A stretch of DNA of 64,000 bases from a virus: the IMG/VR virus record IMGVR_UViG_3300031885_000003, positions 18,854 to 82,853 of that record; one strand, given 5' to 3'. The position numbers and the translations under genes are program-made. Numbering within the stretch: position 1 is the stretch's first letter; every line of letters begins with the position of its first letter. Under the pieces are notes generated by a model. The model had not been told where the DNA came from, did no database searches, and saw only the letters and a list, made by a program, of their open reading frames with translations. This document shows, in pieces, positions 37,246-47,365 of the stretch.

Positions 37246-38259
37246 ATGAGCGAGAAAACGAAAATTTCGTGGGCAGATGCAACGTGGAACCCGCTATCAA
37301 TGTTGTGTACGCCATGCAGTCCGGGTTGTGACCATTGCTGGCATCTGCGCATGGCAAAACGGCAAGCCGCCAATTCCGCATTGCCCGTTGAAGTTCGCAT
37401 TGCATGTGCGGGCGAAACTGGACCCGTACTCACGAGTCGGGTGAGTCAGCCGTTGCAGTGGAAGACGCCGAAAACCATAGCGGTGCAACTCATGGGCGAC
37501 TTGTTTCATGAGTCGGTAGAACCATGGATGCAATACGAGGTCTATAGGCGGATGGCTCTTGCGCCTCAGCACACGTACATGATGTGTACGAAACGGGCTG
37601 AGATTATGGCGGCGCGTGTGCCAGACATTATGTTTCATTTACGGCGCAATGAAAGCGCGTTTAATCCCGGCATCTTGGCGAAGGGGTATTTGGAAAACAT
37701 CGCCCACGGCGTCACCGTCTGCAACCAAGCGGAAACCGCTAAACTGGCCATACTCTGCCGGATGGCTGGCAAACTGTGGGTGAGCTACGAACCCGCGTTG
37801 TCCGCAGTGGATTTTACGCCGTGGCCTTATCGGCGGGTGGAATGTCATTGCCCTGAGCCAAAGATTCTGTACCATGATCCACAGGAATTGGTGTCTGAAT
37901 GCCGAAGCAAAGAAACTACAAATCGCCTCTCCCTCGTTGTCGCCGGCGGCGAGACTGGCCCCGGCGCACGGCCCGCACACCCCCAGTGGTTTCGCAAAGT
38001 GCGCGATGACTGCAAAGCCGCGGGGACGCCGCTCCATCTGAAAAGCCTCGGGGAATGGAGCACACAGAAGCCCCGAGTTTACGCAGGCGAATGGGGAACG
38101 CTCGATGAGAATGGCGAGTATTGGAGTCGGACAACGCCGTGGAACGGACGCACAGGCGTAGATAGCGAGACCGGAGAAGTTTTGGTCTATCGCATCGGCA
38201 AAGCCCTTGCGGGCCGCGTGCTGGATGGGCAGGAGCACGACGGGGGGATTGCGTGGTGA
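37246..38259 (+). CDS. DUF5131 / phage Gp37-Gp68 family protein (radical-SAM-like)
   Basis: TKISWADATWNP...CTPCSPGCDHC, MGDLFH, SYEPAL, GGETGPGARP.HP.W. Confidence 0.88.
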   Translation: MSEKTKISWADATWNPLSMLCTPCSPGCDHCWHLRMAKRQAANSALPVEVRIACAGETGPVLTSRVSQPLQWKTPKTIAVQLMGDLFHESVEPWMQYEVYRRMALAPQHTYMMCTKRAEIMAARVPDIMFHLRRNESAFNPGILAKGYLENIAHGVTVCNQAETAKLAILCRMAGKLWVSYEPALSAVDFTPWPYRRVECHCPEPKILYHDPQELVSECRSKETTNRLSLVVAGGETGPGARPAHPQWFRKVRDDCKAAGTPLHLKSLGEWSTQKPRVYAGEWGTLDENGEYWSRTTPWNGRTGVDSETGEVLVYRIGKALAGRVLDGQEHDGGIAW

Positions 38260-38475
38260 AAGAAAGAAACGAAAAGTAGCAAAAGAAAAGAAAGAAAAAT
38301 CAGGAGGTATACGGAAATGGATAAGATAACTGACAAGATTGCGGAAATGTGGGAGTATGGCGCATGGATGCAGTTGACCCTACTATATTTGGGGCTAATC
38401 GCCTTTTTGTCTGTCGTGACTTATTTGTATATGAGGTTCGGCGGACCGGAAGGGCTATGAATATCAAAATAATCT

Positions 38476-38495
38476 CTTGACGTTTTGGGGAACAC
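38476..38495 (+). promoter_or_regulatory. Late-region motif CTTGAC-N6-GGGAACAC, copy 1
   Basis: Same motif and spacing at 43332 and 47061. Confidence 0.7.
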
Positions 38496-38719
38496 GCGCG
38501 TATGACTAAGAAGTCTCAGAACCCAAAAGGGCTAAACGCTAACCGTATGTACCGAGCACGATACCGGCAAAAGGCCAGCGGGATTGAGCTTGTTGAGGTA
38601 GGCCGAAATGAGTTGCAGCAGTTCCGCAAACATGGGCGGATACCGCTCGACGTATACCGGGAAATAATGCAAGATGAGGCCGATTGGGCGGAAGAACAAA
38701 TGGAGGGGGCGAGGTAGGC

Positions 38720-39310
38720 ATGGCGGGTAATGCCCAAAAAAAGAAGCCCTATAATATCAAGGCTTTAGCCGACATTTCTCCTGATCCGAAAAATGCGAAT
38801 CGTGGTACCGAACGTGGCCTCGGGATGCTTGATCAATCACTCCGCACATACGGCGCAGGCCGCTCAATCCTATGCGACCGCAAGGGCGTGGTGATCGCCG
38901 GCAACAAGACACTCGAACGTGCTGCCGACATCGGCATGGACGTGGAGGTAATCCAGAGCGACGGCACCCGGCTCGTGGTGGTACAGCGGACCGACTTGGA
39001 CTTGGCGGAAGGCGGGGCCGCGCGTGAACTGGCCTATGCCGACAACCGGGCGGGGCAGGTCGGGCTTGACTGGGACCCGGCAGTATTGGCGGCGGACCTC
39101 GCGGCGGGGGTTGACCTGGACAAGTTCTGGCTACCGGGGGAGATGGAATTGATCGGGCCAGAAAAAGAGTCGGAACCGCTAGATGCCTCACCACAACTTG
39201 GCGCACTGGAATACCGGATCGTCGTGACGTGCCGGGACGAAGAACACCACGCCGAAGTCTTGTCGATGCTTCAAAAAGAAGGGCTTGAATGCAAAGTTTT
39301 GATATCGTAG
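38720..39310 (+). CDS. ParB/Srx-N-like protein
   Basis: PDPKNAN...SL..YG.GRSI..D...IAGN...ADNR. Confidence 0.75.
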   Translation: MAGNAQKKKPYNIKALADISPDPKNANRGTERGLGMLDQSLRTYGAGRSILCDRKGVVIAGNKTLERAADIGMDVEVIQSDGTRLVVVQRTDLDLAEGGAARELAYADNRAGQVGLDWDPAVLAADLAAGVDLDKFWLPGEMELIGPEKESEPLDASPQLGALEYRIVVTCRDEEHHAEVLSMLQKEGLECKVLIS

Positions 39311-40416
39311 TTGAAAGCGATGTATCCGCCTCTGCGCGGTGTAGGCAACTGGAAGGCATGTTCGATGTGCCGCCGTCGAAACGATCGCGCCTACAGTTCA
39401 CTGGCGAACTCGATCTCGACTCGCAACCCTGGAGCGTGGGCCTGATTGTCGGCCCGTCCGGGGCGGGCAAGTCCACAATCGCTAAGTACCTCTTTCCCGC
39501 TGAATATGGGCGTACTTACGAATGGGGCAAACAGAGCGTTATAGACGACTTCTCAGAGACGCTTTCGGTTGCGGACATATCGAGCGTATGTCAGGCGGTC
39601 GGGTTCAACACTATACCGGCGTGGCTACGCCCATTCGCCGTGCTTTCCACTGGCGAGCGATTCCGAGTGGAACTTGCCCGCAACCTTATCGAAGGCGGCG
39701 ATCTCATTGTAATGGACGAATTCACGTCCGTTGTGGATCGGCAAGTCGCGCAGATCGGCGCGAACGCAGTCCAGAAATACGTGAGACGAAACGGAAAACG
39801 ATTTGTGGCCGTCTCGTGTCATAGCGACATAATCGACTGGCTTCAACCTGATTGGATCTACGAACCGGCGTTGTCCAGGTTCGTAAGGGGGTTAGTTCGG
39901 CGACGCCCAAGCATGGAGGTCGAAATCACAAGAGTCAATTATGAAGCGTGGAAACTATTCGCTCCATTTCACTATCTGACGGCAGAACTAAACCGGGTGG
40001 CGAAATGTTTCGGGCTTTGGATTGGTGGGCGCTTAACGTCCTTTGCCGGATTGCTCTGCCGCCCAACCAAGAAAGCGGATCTATGGGGTGTGAGTAGGCT
40101 TGTAACGCTACCAGACTGGCAGGGGCTGGGATTGGCAATGATACTGGCGTGCAAGATGGGCGGGGCGCACAAAGCCATTGGCAAGCGGCTCCATACCTAT
40201 CCCGCGCATCCGAGCCTTATGAGGTCGTTTGATAAATCGCCGGAATGGGCGCTCATAAAGAAGCCAGGAGAATTCAAGGGCAAGGAAAACCAAAAGGGGT
40301 TTAAAGCCATGAAGGGAAACCGCATAGATCCGAATAACGAGGGCCGTCCCTATGCCGTGTTTGAATATTGCGGTCTAGCAATGGACCGCGCAGAAGCGGA
40401 GGCCCTACTTGCGTAA
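39289..40416 (+). CDS. ABC-type ATPase fused to GNAT acetyltransferase
   Basis: GPSGAGKST, LSTGE, VMDEF, SCH; C-terminal SRLVTLPDWQGLGLA acetyl-CoA motif. Confidence 0.85.
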   Translation: MQSFDIVVESDVSASARCRQLEGMFDVPPSKRSRLQFTGELDLDSQPWSVGLIVGPSGAGKSTIAKYLFPAEYGRTYEWGKQSVIDDFSETLSVADISSVCQAVGFNTIPAWLRPFAVLSTGERFRVELARNLIEGGDLIVMDEFTSVVDRQVAQIGANAVQKYVRRNGKRFVAVSCHSDIIDWLQPDWIYEPALSRFVRGLVRRRPSMEVEITRVNYEAWKLFAPFHYLTAELNRVAKCFGLWIGGRLTSFAGLLCRPTKKADLWGVSRLVTLPDWQGLGLAMILACKMGGAHKAIGKRLHTYPAHPSLMRSFDKSPEWALIKKPGEFKGKENQKGFKAMKGNRIDPNNEGRPYAVFEYCGLAMDRAEAEALLA

Positions 40417-40764
40417 CGTCACAATGCGCGGCTCCTGGCCTTTGGGCTGGACTTCGACACGGAAGAACCCGAGATGCCCTTTCGCCGGAATCGGATTGAT
40501 CCGCCGGACGTTGGCGATAACCCAAGCGTACATGTTCGGGATGTGCGCGATACAAGCGGCGTCTTCGTCTGCGCGTACAAACGGGCGGCACTCGATAATG
40601 TCAAACACGGCAATCGCAAAACCCGCGGGGTATATTGCGGGCGACGCCGAGGAACACAAGAGCACCTGCGCTCGGGGAGGCGTGCTCCACTGGCGGATCT
40701 CCAACGTTTTCCGCCCCTGGGCGATCATGTTCGCCCAAGGCTGTTTGACGCTAAGCGCAATCAT
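40405..40764 (-). CDS. ASCH domain protein
   Basis: ALSVKQPWANMIAQGRKTLEIRQWST...KGHLGFF. Confidence 0.85.
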   Translation of the reverse strand: MIALSVKQPWANMIAQGRKTLEIRQWSTPPRAQVLLCSSASPAIYPAGFAIAVFDIIECRPFVRADEDAACIAHIPNMYAWVIANVRRINPIPAKGHLGFFRVEVQPKGQEPRIVTLRK

Positions 40765-40765
40765 T

Positions 40766-41233
40766 TCACGCGGCATGGAGCGGCCCGAAAAGGCGGTGCA
40801 ACTCTGCGCACGCTGCGTTGTAGTCGTTTTGATCCCACGCATTACGTCCACCTTTGCGCATCCTGCGATTGCCTACGTCCGCTGCGGCTGCGCGGCCTAT
40901 TGCGTCTTGCATCTGAGGCGAGCGGGCCTTGCAGTGAGGCCGCGCCTGTGCTTTCATTCTCGCCCGTTCCATCTTCGCTTGTTCGATCCTACACGCTTTT
41001 TGTTTCCCCATCAACTCTATCATCGCATCGGCGATTGGCTTGCGGGCCTCGATTACGGCAAGAAGTTCCGTTACTCTCGCGTGGCGGCTTCCATTCTCGG
41101 GGTCTTGCACGTCCGGCGAGAGCATAAGGAGTTCAAGGCGATCCCGCCACAAATCGTAGTCCACAATGTCCGGCCCGTTGATCGGCAAGTTGCGGAAACG
41201 GCTACACGGGGACGCTCGAAATGCTTTCCTCAT
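40766..41233 (-). CDS. Hypothetical protein (antisense cassette)
   Basis: Coupled to neighbours in a minus-strand three-gene cassette. Confidence 0.55.
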   Translation of the reverse strand: MRKAFRASPCSRFRNLPINGPDIVDYDLWRDRLELLMLSPDVQDPENGSRHARVTELLAVIEARKPIADAMIELMGKQKACRIEQAKMERARMKAQARPHCKARSPQMQDAIGRAAAADVGNRRMRKGGRNAWDQNDYNAACAELHRLFGPLHAA

Positions 41234-41460
41234 TTTGCACCTGCAATCACGTCCGCAAGGGCAGTCTCGGCTTCTTCACGAGTTTCAAATGTCTTTGAAC
41301 GGATCCCCTTCGTAAAGCCCGAAACATATTCTTTCGTCAAGGACATTGGCACAAGCCCGCGAAAACCCCATCGCCCTGTCGGGTATTCTACGAGTGTGCA
41401 TTTCGTGGGGGTCTTTTCGTGCATCTTATTGAACATCATTAAATCGTTCCAATCGCTCAT
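41230..41460 (-). CDS. Small hypothetical protein
   Basis: GGAGG RBS; promoter TTGCGG-17-TACAAT upstream; KTFETREEA motif. Confidence 0.65.
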   Translation of the reverse strand: MSDWNDLMMFNKMHEKTPTKCTLVEYPTGRWGFRGLVPMSLTKEYVSGFTKGIRSKTFETREEAETALADVIAGAK

Positions 41461-41606
41461 CTCGCCCTCCCTCTCTCTTTATCGTTTCACTTCAACTCTC
41501 ATTCCCTACCCCTTAATTGTATCTGACAATCCCGCAAACCGCAACCAAAATATGTGCATAAATGCCAGTGGCTCCAGCACTTACAGCGGTTTTATTGGTT
41601 TAAATT

Positions 41607-42095
41607 ATGCCTAAGAACGGCAAACCCCGCCCCCGCCAGTTATACGACCCCGCACGCACGCCGGGCATCATCCGGGCACTCGCCCAGGCTGGCCACACGA
41701 ACGCTGAAATGGCGGCGCTGCTCGACGTGTCCAGCAAATGCCTGTGGCAGTGGCGCGACAAATATCCAGAGGTTCGAGCCGCGCTCGATGACGGCAAGAC
41801 GGTTGCCGATCAGATGGTCATAGACGCGCTCTACAAACGGGCGCTCGGGTATGAGTACGAGGAAACCGAAGTCAAAGGCGTAGTAGACGAACACGGGCAG
41901 CCTATCGGTATGAAGGAAGTTAAGAAGGTCAAGAAACAGATGGCCCCGGATGTGGGCGCGTGTTGTTTCTGGCTCAAAAACCGTAGACCCGATGAATGGC
42001 GCGATGTGTATAAGGGCGAGGTATCCGCCAATATTATCCTGTCCGTAATTCCGCCCCCCAAACCCAATGCCGCCTCAGAGCCGACTACAAATTGA
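41607..42095 (+). CDS. terS: Terminase small subunit
   Basis: HTH, ALYKRALGYEYEE, APDVGACCFWLKNRRPDEWRD. Confidence 0.9.
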   Translation: MPKNGKPRPRQLYDPARTPGIIRALAQAGHTNAEMAALLDVSSKCLWQWRDKYPEVRAALDDGKTVADQMVIDALYKRALGYEYEETEVKGVVDEHGQPIGMKEVKKVKKQMAPDVGACCFWLKNRRPDEWRDVYKGEVSANIILSVIPPPKPNAASEPTTN

Positions 42096-43326
42096 CCTGA
42101 GCCGCCTGGCTGAGGCATGTGTCCCTAGATTCTACCCGTTATATTTCAATCGATCCCGATTCTTGGTTATGGTAGGCGGGGCCGGATCGGGCAAGTCTCA
42201 TTTTGCGGCAGAAAAGGTACTTGGACGGCTCGTATCAGAGCAGGGCCCACATCGTTTCGTGGTTGGACGCAAAGTACAACGAACGCTGCGGGCTTCATGT
42301 TTCCGCCTCTTGAATGACTACATAAACCGCTGGGGTTGGACAAAACATTTCAACGTCAACAAGTCTGACCTCGATATTACATTCATGCCCACAGGCGCAC
42401 AGATCATGTTTGTCGGTATGGATGACCCAGAGAAACTAAAATCCATCGAACAACCCACGGGCTTCTGGCTGGAAGAGGCTACTGAATTCAGCGAGGAAGA
42501 TATAGGTCAAGTCAACCTGCGGTTACGCACTGATATCGTGCCATACATGCAGATCATGTTGACGTTCAACCCAATATCAATCAATCACCACCTAAAGACT
42601 CGTTTCTTTGATTGTGAACCAACCGAACGCATAACTACGATGCGATCAACGTTCTTGGACAACCCGTTTTTGGTTGCATCCTACCGCGCTGAACTAGAAG
42701 ACCTCCGGCTGCGCAACCCGTCGTGGTGGACCATTTACGGCCGTGGCGAATGGGGCGTCATGGAAGGGTTGATTTACGACCCGCCCATCATAGGGCTATG
42801 GCCGGAATCATTCGATGAAACGTTCTACGGGCTCGATTTTGGCTACAATAACCCGACGGCGTTAATCCAGGTTGACATAAAAGACAAGGTTCCGTACCTA
42901 ACAGAACTAGTGTACGAAACGGAACTCACCAACGCTGGGTTGATAAAACAACTGACTGGTAGTGAAGCGGAAGGGCTTATTAAGCCGCTTATCACAAACC
43001 GGAACTTACCCATTTATGCCGATGCCGCCGAACCAGGACGCATCGTCGAAATACGTAATGCCGGGTTCAACTGTAAACCCGCCGACAAGGGGCCAGGTTC
43101 GGTCCATGCCGGGATATCATTCTGCAAAGGAGTAAAGCTTTATACCAAATCTAGTAACGCCAATCTAAACGCGGAGTTTTCCTCTTATGTCTGGCTAAAG
43201 GATAAAAACGGCAAGACGCTGGATGAACCAATAGCGGTCAAAAATCATGCCATGGATGCTATGCGTTACGGCCTATGGACACACTTGGGCAAACGCCGTC
43301 CGTTACAGCCAATCCGCGTCCGATAA
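42067..43326 (+). CDS. terL: Terminase large subunit (PBSX family)
   Basis: GGAGSGKS, WLEEATE, LTFNP, GLDFGY, HAMDAMRY. Confidence 0.95.
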   Translation: MPPQSRLQIDLSRLAEACVPRFYPLYFNRSRFLVMVGGAGSGKSHFAAEKVLGRLVSEQGPHRFVVGRKVQRTLRASCFRLLNDYINRWGWTKHFNVNKSDLDITFMPTGAQIMFVGMDDPEKLKSIEQPTGFWLEEATEFSEEDIGQVNLRLRTDIVPYMQIMLTFNPISINHHLKTRFFDCEPTERITTMRSTFLDNPFLVASYRAELEDLRLRNPSWWTIYGRGEWGVMEGLIYDPPIIGLWPESFDETFYGLDFGYNNPTALIQVDIKDKVPYLTELVYETELTNAGLIKQLTGSEAEGLIKPLITNRNLPIYADAAEPGRIVEIRNAGFNCKPADKGPGSVHAGISFCKGVKLYTKSSNANLNAEFSSYVWLKDKNGKTLDEPIAVKNHAMDAMRYGLWTHLGKRRPLQPIRVR

Positions 43327-43331
43327 AATCC

Positions 43332-43351
43332 CTTGACAAAAAGGGGAACAC
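43332..43351 (+). promoter_or_regulatory. Late-region motif copy 2 (before portal)
   Basis: CTTGACAAAAAGGGGAACAC. Confidence 0.7.
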
Positions 43352-43369
43352 GGCCCGCCTAATCTCTCT

Positions 43370-44872
43370 ATGAGTGCTGAGACCGATCTGAAGCGAGCCA
43401 TTCTGGACCTTTCTACAAAAGCCGTCGCGTACCGCCGCCTATGGAATTATTACGAGGGCAAACACCCGCTCGTGTTTAGTAGCGAGAAGCTCGCTGAGGT
43501 ATTTGATCGCGCCGTCCCGTTTGTCCAGAACTGGTGTGAAGTTATCATAAATGCCGCGCTAGACCGGCTCATAATTGATGGGTGGAGCATCCAGGATGGC
43601 CTGGCAAAAGACGCGCTCGACGAGCTATGGCGTAAGACGCAGTTGCGCCGCCGGGCGGGCGATGTTCATAAGGCCGCACTAGTAACGGGCGAAGCGTTTG
43701 TTGTTGTTCAAAAAGATGCAGACAAAGCTGTCCGCGCATTCTACAATGACCCATGTAACATGGCCATGTACTATGACGATGAAAAGCCGCAGGTTAAAAA
43801 ATTTGCAGTAAAGGCATGGCTAGATACCCAAGTCAAAAAGTGGCGGTTGAACCTGTATTATCTCAATCGCATCGAGCACTATATCAACAATGGCGCTGAC
43901 TTCGGATCGACCTTTACCCCGTATTCGGCTGAGAACGTGAAACCCGTTGAGCCGCATGACTTTGGGTTTATCCCTATCATCCATTTCCGCCGCGATCTAC
44001 GCACTACCATTGGCGAACTAACGCCCAGCGTGCTCAGCATCCAAGATGCGATTAATAAGTTGTTCTCCGACATGATGGTCACAAGCGAGTATAGTGCATT
44101 TCAACAGCGGTGGGTGATCGGACGGTTTGAAGGCACAGGCAAAATCCCCGTTGCGCCATTTACGACTGTGGAAATCCCGCCGGGCGCGCCCGGTGAACAG
44201 CCAGTATCTGTTGGCCAGTTTGAGGCCAGCGATCCACAATGTTACTTGCTACCCTTGGAGCAGCTTGTCCATTCAATCGCCATTATCAGCCGGACGCCAA
44301 AATCGTACTTCCTCAAGACCGGCGGAGACCCGAGTGGTGAAGCCCTACAGGCCATGGAAGCCCCGCTCGTTTCTAAGGTTGAATCTATGCAAGACAATTT
44401 TGGCGATTCCTGGGGCGAAGTCGGAGATATGATGCTCGCGTTTGCTGGGGTGAATATTAGCGAAGATGAGGATCTCTGGCCGCTCTGGAAACCGGCTGCA
44501 ACGCCTATTCCAAAAGCACAGGCAGAAATCCGGGAGATCAATACACGCGCGGGCCTGCCTATCGAATGGCAGATGAAGCGCGAAGGGTTGACGGAGGAAG
44601 AACTCCAGGAGTTGCACGAGGCGAAGGCCGATGAAGCTACGCGCGGCAATATCCCACGGCTGGCAGGATTGCCAGGCAATGTACCCGAGGGCATACGCGC
44701 CGCGGCTATAGGCGAAGCCAAGGGGGCACTTGCGGGCGGCCTTCAGCCAGAAGTTGTCAAAGCTATAACGGGCGCAAGTCAAACCGCTGTTGACCGTATG
44801 GTGCGGGATGGCACGCTGGAGAAGTTCATGGCGAAATGGGCAGGCAAACCGATTGTAGCAGGGGTAACATGA
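43370..44872 (+). CDS. Portal protein (SPP1 gp6-like)
   Basis: YYEGKH, NWCEVII..A.DRL, IQDAINK, SGEAL. Confidence 0.9.
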   Translation: MSAETDLKRAILDLSTKAVAYRRLWNYYEGKHPLVFSSEKLAEVFDRAVPFVQNWCEVIINAALDRLIIDGWSIQDGLAKDALDELWRKTQLRRRAGDVHKAALVTGEAFVVVQKDADKAVRAFYNDPCNMAMYYDDEKPQVKKFAVKAWLDTQVKKWRLNLYYLNRIEHYINNGADFGSTFTPYSAENVKPVEPHDFGFIPIIHFRRDLRTTIGELTPSVLSIQDAINKLFSDMMVTSEYSAFQQRWVIGRFEGTGKIPVAPFTTVEIPPGAPGEQPVSVGQFEASDPQCYLLPLEQLVHSIAIISRTPKSYFLKTGGDPSGEALQAMEAPLVSKVESMQDNFGDSWGEVGDMMLAFAGVNISEDEDLWPLWKPAATPIPKAQAEIREINTRAGLPIEWQMKREGLTEEELQELHEAKADEATRGNIPRLAGLPGNVPEGIRAAAIGEAKGALAGGLQPEVVKAITGASQTAVDRMVRDGTLEKFMAKWAGKPIVAGVT

Positions 44873-45093
44873 TAGAACGTCGCGAAAGTGAACGCCAAAA
44901 ACTAATCGCTATTGCTACCACTACGCGGGTCAACCTCTGCGATAGAAAAGATTGCGCAAACAACTTCGACATGAAATGTAATGCCAGACTGGTGGAAATC
45001 GATAGGGAAGGATGTCGCATGTATGCCGGAGAAGAACACACCCGTATACACAAAAAGTTTGTTGAGTAGGATACGGGCATAAGGAGACGGGCG

Positions 45094-45540
45094 ATGTCAA
45101 CACCTGAATTTCATCGGCACGATACGTGCATACACTACTTGGCGGAAACAGGGGAATGTGCCTGTCGCCTTCCATTTTCGATAATCACCGAAGAACAGAT
45201 GAATACTATTATTGAGCCTCGGCCCGTTAATGGCAGTAATAGTGTGTACTGCCCGGCGTGGAACAGCGGCGAGTGGATACCGTGCGCCGAACGGTTGCCC
45301 AAGAAAAAAGACTTTTACTTTGTTGTTTTTTTGTGGAATGGCAAACGCTCAGTTCAGAAGGGCGAATACGACCCACAATCATCAAAAGAATTTCCTGACT
45401 GCCTTGACCTCAACCACCTGTGGAATATACACGGTGAAGGCGGGCGATATGAGCCGGTGCCAGATAATGCTATCTCTCACTGGCGACTGTTACCGCAACT
45501 ACCGCGTGAGGTGCATACGGAAACAGGAACGGGATTATAA
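45094..45540 (+). CDS. DUF551-like protein
   Basis: WIPCAERLP...ISHWRLLP. Confidence 0.65.
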   Translation: MSTPEFHRHDTCIHYLAETGECACRLPFSIITEEQMNTIIEPRPVNGSNSVYCPAWNSGEWIPCAERLPKKKDFYFVVFLWNGKRSVQKGEYDPQSSKEFPDCLDLNHLWNIHGEGGRYEPVPDNAISHWRLLPQLPREVHTETGTGL

Positions 45541-46305
45541 ATGCCTGACCTCTCTCAAGCCTTCCTCGACGACCTGTTCGCCACCTTCGCCACATACTTG
45601 TCCATGGATGCGATCAGGGATCTCATGGAACAATCATTCATCGAGGCGATCCGCGCATCCGTATCCGGCGTAACACGCGAGGAAATTCTCGCTATGGCTG
45701 CCGAGAAAGCCGCCGAACTCGTTACGAACGTCACTGACCAGATGAAACAGCAACTAGCAGAAAAAATCGCCATTGGCCTTGAACAACAACTCGGCGTGGA
45801 CGGGACCGCCCGGCTTATACGTGACGGACTCGGACTCGATGCGCCGCGGGCAGAGAAGTTGCAAAAGTATCGGGATGAACTCATAGCGGACGGGTTGAGC
45901 CAAGCGCAGATTGACGCCAAAGTCGAAGCGTACCGTGACGACCTTATCCGCGACCGCGCTGACACTATCGCTCAAAACGAAATGGGCAAGGCTATCGAAG
46001 GCGGCATGTTTGAGAATGCTAAGACAGGCGGGGCTACGCACAAAGTTTGGATTCCGGTTTTCGCCGGCAACGTCTGCCCGGACTGTCTAGCCAACGCCGA
46101 CGAGGGGCCGATCCCGATTGACCAACAGTTCAGTTCAGGGGATGATTTCGGACAAAGCCATCCGAACTGTCATTGCACGGTGAGCTATGTAACTGATACA
46201 GGCCAAGGTGAAGTGGACCGGGCGGCGGAGCGGGCGCAGATACGTGTAGAAAAAGTCAGGGCGGAAATCGATGCGGCGCAGGCCGCGGAAACGGAGGTTG
46301 AATAA
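45541..46305 (+). CDS. Minor head protein (Mu gpF-like)
   Basis: RADTIAQNE, K.W...CPDC, HPNCHC. Confidence 0.85.
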   Translation: MPDLSQAFLDDLFATFATYLSMDAIRDLMEQSFIEAIRASVSGVTREEILAMAAEKAAELVTNVTDQMKQQLAEKIAIGLEQQLGVDGTARLIRDGLGLDAPRAEKLQKYRDELIADGLSQAQIDAKVEAYRDDLIRDRADTIAQNEMGKAIEGGMFENAKTGGATHKVWIPVFAGNVCPDCLANADEGPIPIDQQFSSGDDFGQSHPNCHCTVSYVTDTGQGEVDRAAERAQIRVEKVRAEIDAAQAAETEVE

Positions 46306-46586
46306 TGCCCTATCCCAACGAGCACGCTTGCCGGTTGCGCGAACCCGGCGAGTTCGATCCTAGTTCGATGCGCCGAATGGAGCGCGATCACAACGGTAAA
46401 AAATATTCTGTGATCATCGGTAAACTGAAATCCGGGGAATCAGCGGATCAAGCATTCCGATACGACCGGGAGCGATGGGATGCAGATACTGCACGAGCGC
46501 ATTGCCGGGTTCATGGAGGCGAGTTCCACGCAGCCATAGGAAATGAAAAAGTGAATGCCGCTATTCGGAAAGCGGCGGGCAAATAA
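46305..46586 (+). CDS. Small head-module protein
   Basis: PYPNEHACRLREP...QAFRY...W...AR.HC. Confidence 0.65.
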   Translation: MPYPNEHACRLREPGEFDPSSMRRMERDHNGKKYSVIIGKLKSGESADQAFRYDRERWDADTARAHCRVHGGEFHAAIGNEKVNAAIRKAAGK

Positions 46587-47060
46587 CTATGGCAATGAAA
46601 GCCATAGAAATAGAGGCTAAATAAATGGACCCGATGCAAGCGCTGAATTTCGTTGTCACTCAACTCAAAAACGCGACATTGTTTGCACGCCCCGACGGGA
46701 CGGTGGGCGGTATGACGTTTGGAGATCATGCCAATGTGGCGCAAGCCGAATTGGTATTAGCGGAGTTCATAAAGGCACACACGCCGAAACAGGAGGATGT
46801 ACCTAATGGCATGGCCCAAGGGCAAACCACGAAAACAGCAGGCAACAAAACGGGCAAGCGCAGACACGGGCGGTAAGGCGGTGCGGAACCTACCCGGCTT
46901 CTATCCCACTGATACGGACATTAAAGCCGTGATTAGTTCAGTAAAGTGCGAAATGAACAAGGTTGAAAATGAAGCATTTGAGGCGGCTGCCGGAAGCCCG
47001 CCATCTACCGTGTCGGCAATAGATGCCGTGGAACTGCCCTACGATGTCCCTAACAAACTT

Positions 47061-47080
47061 CTTGACAATTTAGGGAACAC
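47061..47080 (+). promoter_or_regulatory. Late-region motif copy 3 (upstream of scaffold/capsid)
   Basis: CTTGACAATTTAGGGAACAC. Confidence 0.65.
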
Positions 47081-47282
47081 CGCTTCAAGGTATCCCATAG
47101 ATGAGCCGATACCGCCCCGGATCAAGCAAGATCTGATCAATTTGCGGCGGCAGTTAAGGCCCTTGCTCGAATACATCGAAATGGTGTTACGTCGGGCAGG
47201 TCTAAAATTTTAAGAGCGGGTAAGCCAGAACTCAGTTAGCAAAATTGGCAAGATGCCCCACGGCATTTTGTTCTGAGTTACC

Positions 47283-47332
47283 GCCCCCCATTTGTCGGTT
47301 AACACCCGGCGACTGGGGGGCTTTTTGTTTTT
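47283..47332 (+). terminator. Intrinsic terminator-like hairpin just before the scaffold gene
   Basis: GCCCCCCA...TGGGGGGC followed by TTTTTGTTTTT. Confidence 0.65.
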
Positions 47333-47365
47333 GTCACAACACAACTGAAAAGGAAATGAATACCA

